Shown here: positions 27,190 to 34,609 of the stretch, piece after piece
Layout: every line of letters begins with the position of its first letter
Numbering within the stretch: position 1 is the first letter of the stretch
Assembly: GCA_039028895.1 (NCBI GenBank)
Contig: JBCCHF010000013.1
Coordinates: forward strand, 4,360 to 68,359
Origin: Bacteroidota bacterium
Lineage (GTDB): Bacteria; Bacteroidota; Bacteroidia; Chitinophagales; Saprospiraceae
DNA: 64,000 nt
Reading direction: 5' to 3'
Notes under the pieces: model-generated
Seen by the model: the letters and a program-made list of their open reading frames with translations, nothing else
Told to the model about the DNA's origin: nothing
Databases searched by the model: none
Position numbers and translations under genes: made by a program

Positions 27190-27251
27190 GGGAGGAACTC
27201 TAATAAATCCTAATTTAGGAATAATTAAGCTTTTATTCAGTAGTAGATTAC

Positions 27252-28208
27252 ATGACGATTTTCGAGAATGACATGGTAGATGCGGCCAAATTTTTGCAGT
27301 TAATTAACAATAGGCGAAAGTTTATTTTAATTTCTGGAGTATTGGGTTTTGTCATAGCACTTTTGGCCAGCCTGGCTATTCCTGTAAAGTATAAAGCCTC
27401 TGGAACCTTGTACCCCGGCAATGTGGAACGGTGGGATGAACTGTTGAAAAAACCGCAATTCGGTACCGAACTTGATGCCCGGCATCTGCTCGAGATTTTC
27501 GATTCGGATCGACTCAGGGAAGCCATTTTCCAAAAGCATGATTTAATTGCCTATTATGCCTTGGATACTACCATTGCTGGCTGGCCCCACCAATTACATC
27601 AATCCTTCCGGAAGGATATCACCTATTCCCGCTCTGTCAATAGGGCCATCATCATAACGGCAACAATGAAAGACCCTGAACTTGCGGCAGGGGTAGTTAA
27701 TTCCATGATCTCGTTAAGTGATGAAGTCAGAGATACAATTTTTCGGGATAATATGGAGGCGGAGTTAAAATCATTAGAGTTGATTTACACAGCACAGGAG
27801 GCTCTTACAAAAAAAGTCCTTGATAGTATTTATCTCCTCAAACCACCTTCTGGAGCCGATGAAATTCTGTTCAACCAGGTGTTCACTACTGATTCATCCT
27901 TAGTTTTGGTCGGTGAGTCAGGCTATATTAACAGTCCACAACTGGAGCGACTTGCCAACCAGTATTTTCTGGAAAAAGCGACGCTTTCCAAATGGAAGGG
28001 TAGGGTAGACTCAGCCCAAACAAATTTCCAAAGGCCTTTGCCAAAAACTTATGTGCTAAGCTCAGCGAAACCTGCCTACGATAAGTCTTACGATTACTTG
28101 TGGAGAAATGCATTTGCAGGTGGACTGGCAGCCTTGTTTTTTGCCATTATCATTATTGCTTTTGACGATCGGTTTCAGATTTTCAGGACTCAAAAAGCGC
28201 AGGCATGA
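27252..28208 (+). CDS. Wzz-like polysaccharide chain-length determinant family protein
   Basis: 318 aa. N-terminal TM helix (ILISGVLGFVIALLASLAI) is followed by VKYKASGTLYP. The long periplasmic region is helical. C-terminal TM helix (FAGGLAALFFAIIIIAF). ATGA start/stop overlap with the next gene. Confidence 0.6.
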   Translation: MTIFENDMVDAAKFLQLINNRRKFILISGVLGFVIALLASLAIPVKYKASGTLYPGNVERWDELLKKPQFGTELDARHLLEIFDSDRLREAIFQKHDLIAYYALDTTIAGWPHQLHQSFRKDITYSRSVNRAIIITATMKDPELAAGVVNSMISLSDEVRDTIFRDNMEAELKSLELIYTAQEALTKKVLDSIYLLKPPSGADEILFNQVFTTDSSLVLVGESGYINSPQLERLANQYFLEKATLSKWKGRVDSAQTNFQRPLPKTYVLSSAKPAYDKSYDYLWRNAFAGGLAALFFAIIIIAFDDRFQIFRTQKAQA

Positions 28209-29668
28209 AAACGGCAGAGCGGATGCCTGTGGTGATGTGGCAATATATTTTGCTATTGTGTTTCATGATAATTGGTGGATGCTTATTATTCTCCGAATCA
28301 AAATGGGCTATTCCTTTTTTGTTTGGTCTTCCAGCAATAGGAGCTACAATTTACCTTTTGTTGTTCAATAAGGAATTGCTGATTATACTCTGTTTCTTCC
28401 TGGTTCCTTTGTCGATGGGTGTAAACATCGGTTGGGGAATTCAGGTGGGCTTTCCTGCTGAATTGATCGTAGTTGTGATGGCAGGACTTTTCTTCCTTTT
28501 GTATTTGAAGAAATGGCCTGTTATAGACGTAAATGTGCTGTTGCACCCACTAACGATTTTGATTTTGACAGATCTTCTTTGGTTGTACATTGCGACGATA
28601 TTCAGTGCGATACCGGAGGTTTCCTTTAAACGTATTTTGCTTAAAACAGCTTTTGTGTTGTTCTTTTATTTTTTCATTATACATTGGTTTCGCTTCCGCA
28701 ATAAACTGGCTTATCCACTCATTTTTTATGGCATCGGTCTGGTGCCTGTTATTTTATTAACCCTGAATAAGCATGCGAGCTATGACTTCACACACAAGGT
28801 TGCATTTAATATTCCTCAACCTTTTTATGTTGATCATACTATTTATGGGGCGTGTCTTGCCTTTATTTTGCCAATTCTCGTAATTCTGTTTTTCCGTTAC
28901 CGGAAATTCGGGTTGAATAAGATCAATCGGCTATTGGCCGGAGGGGGTATGCTTTTATTTGCAGGGGCAACGTTTTATTCCTTTTCCCGGGCGTCACTTT
29001 TGAGTCTGGTAGTTGTCGCAGGTTTTTTTATCCTTTTAAAACTCGGGTTAAGAATGCGTGGACTACTCATCTTAATGGCTGTTACTTTGGTTTTAGCTAT
29101 TTCAGCAGTTTATTTCTTGCCAGGGGTCATCTTTCAAGGTGAGGCTGTAAGTAACAGAGGTAGTATCAAACAGCACTTTCAGTCAATGACTAACCTCCAA
29201 ACTGATGCCTCGAACCTGGAAAGAATAAATAGATGGGTTTGTGCAATTGATATGTTTAAGGACCGTCCAATAACAGGATTCGGACCCGGAACTTATCAAT
29301 TTGAATATGGAAATTACCAAACGTATGAAAGGCTGACATACATCAGCACATTTGCAGGTGACAGGGGTAATGCACATTCAGAATACCTCACCTATTTGGC
29401 GGAAGCCGGCTTACCAGGGTTTATTATTTTCTTGCTTTTGGTATGTATTACGATAAGTACAGGTATCAAAGTTACATTTGGTAATCATAAAGAACCGCTA
29501 AGACTGATTGGTTTGGGGGTATTATTGGGGTTAACCACTTTCTTCTTTCACGGGCTATTAAATGCATTTTGGGAACAAGAAAAAATGGCTGCCCTGGTTT
29601 ATCCCGCAATGGCCTGTTTGGTAGCAATTGATGTCTTTAACAGAGGAGAAAAACCTACTGCCCATTAA
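28205..29668 (+). CDS. O-antigen ligase/polymerase-like (Wzy_C family) polytopic membrane protein
   Basis: 487 aa with more than 10 TM helices. Wzy_C-type segment FYSFSRASLLSLVVVAGFF and periplasmic loop GFGPGTYQFEY...NAHSEYLTYLAEAGLPGF. Confidence 0.75.
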   Translation: MKTAERMPVVMWQYILLLCFMIIGGCLLFSESKWAIPFLFGLPAIGATIYLLLFNKELLIILCFFLVPLSMGVNIGWGIQVGFPAELIVVVMAGLFFLLYLKKWPVIDVNVLLHPLTILILTDLLWLYIATIFSAIPEVSFKRILLKTAFVLFFYFFIIHWFRFRNKLAYPLIFYGIGLVPVILLTLNKHASYDFTHKVAFNIPQPFYVDHTIYGACLAFILPILVILFFRYRKFGLNKINRLLAGGGMLLFAGATFYSFSRASLLSLVVVAGFFILLKLGLRMRGLLILMAVTLVLAISAVYFLPGVIFQGEAVSNRGSIKQHFQSMTNLQTDASNLERINRWVCAIDMFKDRPITGFGPGTYQFEYGNYQTYERLTYISTFAGDRGNAHSEYLTYLAEAGLPGFIIFLLLVCITISTGIKVTFGNHKEPLRLIGLGVLLGLTTFFFHGLLNAFWEQEKMAALVYPAMACLVAIDVFNRGEKPTAH

Positions 29669-31529
29669 TGGCCTGGTTAATAGTGTTGATGAAAAGGTCT
29701 CTTTTTTCAGATTGGGCTGTTTTGCTGGTCCAGCGAAGAGCGTTCTCATAATCCTTTAACTGGTAAAGGGAAAAAGCAAGATTAAACTTACAGTCATCAA
29801 AGGAAGGGTTAATCCTTAAGGCTTCTTCAAAATAAGGGATGGCTTGCTGGTATCGCTCCATTTTTGCAAGTGTTGTCCCATAATTGTTGAGCACATGATA
29901 ATTATATGGATTGACTTTAAGCGCTTTTTCAAAACAGGTGAAGGCATTGGAAATATCATTTTGATTAAAATAGCCGATGCCTTCAATCCAGGGGACTGGT
30001 ACGGTAGTAGGATCCATTGTGTAGAGCTTCGAAAAGGACTTTTGAGCTTCGGCAATCGCTAGGGGCCAGTTTTGATTGACTTTTGCCGTCAATGCTTTCC
30101 TCACATGTACCTCTCCAATAAAGCGCATGGCTCCGGAGTGAAGATTTGTGGCTAAAAGGAACATTAAACTCCCAAAAAACCAAGGGAACCAGTTACCTGG
30201 TAACTTTGGTTTTCCAATCTTTAGATAATCTTTTCCCCAATGCGCAGTGAGCGCCAGTAAAATGGCGAACACAGCTTGATGCTCCAGGCGTTCTTTAGGA
30301 AAGTCAATAAATGAGATAATTGAAAACCCAAATAATCCGATCAGTGTGAGTACCAAAAATTCTTTCTGTTTGAATGATTTGGTTCTGAGGGTTTTGATGC
30401 CTGCATAAAATGCAAAACCAAAGATGGCCAAAAAGGAAAGGATTCCGAAAAAGCCTGTTTCGGCGAAAACCTCAAGGTAATCGTTATGAACTCTTGTAGC
30501 AAAAGTATCAAGAGTTTCAAATCGCCAGCCTCCTTGAATGCTATTACTCGGGAAATAGATCTTCCAACTTCCACTGCCCAACCCGAATAACCAATTTTCT
30601 GCGATAAGAGAAGTGGTTTTATGCCAAATGAAAAGACGTTCTGCCGCTGTTCCCGATTCTAGCCAGGTGGTAATATTGAGCCGCTTCCCAAGATCAGGGA
30701 ATGCCCCACTGAAGCGGATAATCGCAAATAAGAGCAAAGTAGCTCCTGCACCTATTGGTAACAACCTTGTCAGGAAAATCTTTCTGAATTTTGGAAGGTC
30801 AGTAGCGAGCCAAAAAATATAAAGTGTTCCGCAAAGCAAAAATACGAGGTAGACAACACGTACTTGTAAAAATAGAATTAGGAGGACTTGTGCGAACAAC
30901 AAAAGGGTATACCACATCTTCTGTTTGGCCTTAATAAAACCGATCAGATTAAATGGCAATAATAAAAACAGAAATTCTGAAAGTAAACTTTTGTTACCCA
31001 TAAAGCCACTTACATTATAGAGTGCCTGATTTGAAAAGCTTTCACTCTCAGTAAGTGATAACATTTCAAACGGAACGTACAATAACAATACGGCCGTAAG
31101 CCCAAAAGAGGATTGCACTATTCTTTCAAGAATGGGAAGCTTGGACTTTTCCATTAATAGCCTCATGAAATAATAAATACAGAAGCCAATTAGGATTTTT
31201 TGCGTCGTAAAGACTGCCTCACCAAGATCATAGGCCCATGTAATTGAAATGAGATGAATAAGGTAATAAACCAGGAAAGCAACATCAATTAGATTCAGGC
31301 TGGCCGACTTTTGCTTGCTAAATTGTTCGTAAAAAAAATACCCACCAACCAATAAAATCAATGACTGCAGCAAATATCTGGATACCAGGTATTTATCCAT
31401 TAAAGAGGGCCAAAAAAATATTGAGCTGAAAAATAGAATAAATACTACGAATCCAGTGGCCTTTTTTGCCATTATTAGGGTCTTATAAGAAGTTAAGGAG
31501 TCAAAAAATCCAGATATGATTTTGTCCAA
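29655..31529 (-). CDS. O-antigen ligase-like (Wzy_C family) membrane protein fused to C-terminal TPR repeats
   Basis: 624 aa, polytopic. Loop LFGLGSGSWKIYFP...RVHNDYLEVFAETGFFG. C-terminal TPR units (NAFTCFEKALKVNPYNYHVLNNYGTTLAKMERYQQAIPYFEEALRINP). Its 3' end overlaps the convergent ligase-like gene by 14 nt. Confidence 0.75.
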   Translation of the reverse strand: MDKIISGFFDSLTSYKTLIMAKKATGFVVFILFFSSIFFWPSLMDKYLVSRYLLQSLILLVGGYFFYEQFSKQKSASLNLIDVAFLVYYLIHLISITWAYDLGEAVFTTQKILIGFCIYYFMRLLMEKSKLPILERIVQSSFGLTAVLLLYVPFEMLSLTESESFSNQALYNVSGFMGNKSLLSEFLFLLLPFNLIGFIKAKQKMWYTLLLFAQVLLILFLQVRVVYLVFLLCGTLYIFWLATDLPKFRKIFLTRLLPIGAGATLLLFAIIRFSGAFPDLGKRLNITTWLESGTAAERLFIWHKTTSLIAENWLFGLGSGSWKIYFPSNSIQGGWRFETLDTFATRVHNDYLEVFAETGFFGILSFLAIFGFAFYAGIKTLRTKSFKQKEFLVLTLIGLFGFSIISFIDFPKERLEHQAVFAILLALTAHWGKDYLKIGKPKLPGNWFPWFFGSLMFLLATNLHSGAMRFIGEVHVRKALTAKVNQNWPLAIAEAQKSFSKLYTMDPTTVPVPWIEGIGYFNQNDISNAFTCFEKALKVNPYNYHVLNNYGTTLAKMERYQQAIPYFEEALRINPSFDDCKFNLAFSLYQLKDYENALRWTSKTAQSEKRDLFINTINQAINGQ

Positions 31530-31556
31530 TTTAATGTTTATCGATCAAAAAAGAAA

Positions 31557-31585
31557 GGGTAAACTGTGCATTTTACAGTTTACCC
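31557..31585 (-). terminator. Rho-independent terminator downstream of the T9SS adhesin genes
   Basis: 11-bp perfect stem GGGTAAACTGT (31557..31567) / ACAGTTTACCC (31575..31585) with a 7-nt loop. A U-rich tract follows on the minus strand (plus-strand aaaaaagaaa at 31547..31556). Confidence 0.55.
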
Positions 31586-31680
31586 TTTCAATTCGATTGT
31601 AACATGATCGAAGACCAAAAACAGAAATGGTCATAGTTTGGGCCGGCGGGATCCGGCTGCTTCGCACCCGTAAAATCTTT

Positions 31681-34305
31681 TTATATTTTAATTAACCTGG
31701 CGGAATTCCAGGTTTGAAATCCTTTTATTTCGATAAAGTACATACCATTCATCCATTCTTTGATATCGAGGTCAATACTATTAACACCTGGTTGTAACTC
31801 AACCACGATTTCATCCATTATCTTTCCGGTAAGAGAAGTAATTACGATAGTAGCATGTTCTATCCCATCACTTACGATCATTACTGAAGCATCGTGATTG
31901 GCAGGATTAGGATGAACTTCAACCAATCCTTCATGTACTTCGATTTTAACAGCTTCAACAGGGCTGTAGGTGTAAGTGTCATCAAGATCTACTTGTTTTA
32001 GCCTGTAGTAACTGGTGCCTGAAAATGGCGAACGATCAGTGGCGCTGTAGTAGATCACATCAGTTGAGTTGCCAGCGGCATATACGATTTCCAATAAATC
32101 CCAATCAATCCCGTTCTTACTTTTTTGCACTTCGTAATGGCTGGAATTAATTTCTGTTGCGGTAGCCCAGGTAACCAGCACTTCCGTCTTTTTGGCTTCA
32201 GCCTGGAAGTAAATAAACTCTACAGGGAAATTGGTTCCCAAAACCTGGAAACAATCGGTGCAGGTCCATGAATTGCTTTGAAAGCCAGGTCCACAACCGG
32301 GGCCTGCAAAAACAGTCACATCATAGAGGCCTGAAGGCGCATTTATAGGGAGGTCAAGAGAGAAGTCAAAATTCGTCTCGTCAGCAGCATCACCGAATGC
32401 GGTGAAAACAAAACCATCTTTGGAGAATTCTGCACAAGTGGTGATTCCTGGGGTGAAAGTTGTTCCAACACCGTTAATGGTCGAAGTTACTGTTGTGCCA
32501 GGGTCAGCTGTTGGTTGCATAACCTCCAGCCTTGGACTACACTCAATAGATGCATTCCAGCCTTCGCGCGTATTGGCACCATCAGCATAAAACGCAAATG
32601 TCAAACATCCGCTTATATCTTTTGCTGAAATCTGCATGCCCTGGAGATCTCCAGATCCATTTGGGATAGGATCATCTCTGTCCCAGCACCAGCCGACTGT
32701 AGCTCCTCCTGGTGAAGGGATCACCGGCGAGAATTCATCTGGCCCATCATAGACCAATAACTGATCGTAACAGTTGGTGCCGTTGTTTTCCATACTAAAT
32801 GTATTGAATGTAATAGTAACAACGTTTCCAGGAACATCAGGACATATAGTTTGTGTTAAATTGGTTGAATTAGGATAGTCTCCAAGCGGGCCTCCGATAT
32901 CATAATAGTTTCCACCACAGATGAAAGGATTGAGGACCGTAAAACAATCGTTACAGGTCCATGCAGTCCCTTCGCAATTAAATCCTCGATAGATGGTTAC
33001 ATCATAGTCGCCGGGAGTCGCATCAAACGGGATAACAAAACTACCGTTGAAAACAAAATTGCTTGAAGCTGATCCTGTTATCTGATAAACCTCGTTACCC
33101 AGATTAAATTCTACACAGGTTGTCATTCCCGGAACAAAGTCGGTCCCCGCTCCAATAATAGCAAAGTTCGCTGTTGTGCCTGGATTGGCATTTTCTGGTG
33201 TAATTGAAATCGGGTCCGGCTCATCCACAGAAAAAGATGCAATTTCAGTGCATCCTGCAAGGTCAGTAACTGTGACAGAATATGAACCGACTATCAGAAC
33301 TGTAGGATCTTCAAAACTTGAACCGTTGCTCCATGCAAAATCGTAAGGTGGCGTACCGCCAGTCACTGTTAAATCTATTGAACCATTAGGGCATCCAGTG
33401 CAGGTGGCATCAGATACTATTCCATTGACATTCATTGGAATACATATGGTAAAACAATTAGTGCAACCCCAAGCATCTCCACTACAACCGGGCCCTTGGT
33501 AAAGTGATACGTCATATTGTCCTGGGGGAGCATTCGGAGGTATGGGCCAATCACCTGAAAAATTGGTGTTATCAAATGATTCTCCTGAAAAACTATAAGT
33601 TTGATTACCATTAGTTACTTCTACACAAGTTGTAACACCGGGAATGAAGTTTGTTTGAGCACCAAAAAGAACCATGCCAACTGTCGACCCCTGATTGCCA
33701 TGAGTTGGTAAAACGGTAAGCGGTTCTGGTTGAGTAACGGTATAACTTTCAAATGACGGACAACCAGCTGCATCAGTAATGGTCACATCATATTGACCTG
33801 CGCCTATATTGGCTAAAGATTGGGTGTTTGCTCCATTGCTCCAATTGAAATTATACGGTGGTGTTCCGCCGAATACATTGAGATTTACAGCACCATCGGT
33901 ACAGCCAAAACAAGTAGCGGGAACCGGGGCACCCAGGATATTTTTAGGCGCACAAATGGAAACACAATCCTCGCAACTCCATGAAGGACCACTACAACCA
34001 GGCCCCTGGTAAATGGTCAGGTCATACGGGCCGGTAGATGCAAAAATTGGAATTGTAACAAATCCGTTATACTCAGTACTACTTGTGGCAGAACCAGTTA
34101 CGGTGAATACAGCGAAATTATTACTGATCTCCACACAAGCTGTAGTACCGGGGATAAATGTTGTTCCAGTGCCCGTGATAGTTATCAGGTTGTTGACTAC
34201 TCCAGCATCCAAATATTGAGGGGCAACAGAAATCGATTGTCCCTGGATCTGGCTAGTAAGGCAGCAGGTCAGTAATATAGATAAGATTAGGTAAAGATGT
34301 CTCAA
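31681..34305 (-). CDS. Large T9SS-secreted cell-surface protein (Cys-knot Ig-like modules, SprB repeats, CUB-like domain, type-A sorting domain)
   Basis: 874 aa, TTG start, signal peptide MRHLYLILSILLTCCLTSQIQGQ. Four modules end in the pattern GPGCSG..W.C..CF. Two SprB-type repeats (CFGCTDGAVNLNVFGGTPPYNFNWSNG, CTGCPNGSIDLTVTGGTPPYDFAWSNG). CUB-like segment (GGNYYDIGGPLGDYPNS...CYDQLLVYDG). C-terminal T9SS sorting domain (VEVHPNPANHDASVMIV...GMYFIEIKG). Confidence 0.8.
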   Translation of the reverse strand: MRHLYLILSILLTCCLTSQIQGQSISVAPQYLDAGVVNNLITITGTGTTFIPGTTACVEISNNFAVFTVTGSATSSTEYNGFVTIPIFASTGPYDLTIYQGPGCSGPSWSCEDCVSICAPKNILGAPVPATCFGCTDGAVNLNVFGGTPPYNFNWSNGANTQSLANIGAGQYDVTITDAAGCPSFESYTVTQPEPLTVLPTHGNQGSTVGMVLFGAQTNFIPGVTTCVEVTNGNQTYSFSGESFDNTNFSGDWPIPPNAPPGQYDVSLYQGPGCSGDAWGCTNCFTICIPMNVNGIVSDATCTGCPNGSIDLTVTGGTPPYDFAWSNGSSFEDPTVLIVGSYSVTVTDLAGCTEIASFSVDEPDPISITPENANPGTTANFAIIGAGTDFVPGMTTCVEFNLGNEVYQITGSASSNFVFNGSFVIPFDATPGDYDVTIYRGFNCEGTAWTCNDCFTVLNPFICGGNYYDIGGPLGDYPNSTNLTQTICPDVPGNVVTITFNTFSMENNGTNCYDQLLVYDGPDEFSPVIPSPGGATVGWCWDRDDPIPNGSGDLQGMQISAKDISGCLTFAFYADGANTREGWNASIECSPRLEVMQPTADPGTTVTSTINGVGTTFTPGITTCAEFSKDGFVFTAFGDAADETNFDFSLDLPINAPSGLYDVTVFAGPGCGPGFQSNSWTCTDCFQVLGTNFPVEFIYFQAEAKKTEVLVTWATATEINSSHYEVQKSKNGIDWDLLEIVYAAGNSTDVIYYSATDRSPFSGTSYYRLKQVDLDDTYTYSPVEAVKIEVHEGLVEVHPNPANHDASVMIVSDGIEHATIVITSLTGKIMDEIVVELQPGVNSIDLDIKEWMNGMYFIEIKGFQTWNSARLIKI

Positions 34306-34609
34306 AGCCTGGGTTTTTAAAAGCTAGGGTTAACAAATATGTTCAATTCAGGTATTGGCAACGAAAAACATACTATTCCTGCGCCAAATCCTGCCCGCGG
34401 AAATCACCATTTATCAATTAAGGGTCAATGGAGACATCCGTTACGTTGCCTTTTAAAGAGTGAATTTTAATATTACCTGGTGGGGAATATTTTCCAGGGC
34501 CTCCGAATTATTAGTTAAGATATACCTTACACCATACAACTGTTCCTCAAGAAATCAGCTTTTTGTGACATGAAAGTAAAGGACGATGTTGGTTGAAAAG
34601 GACCGTTGT

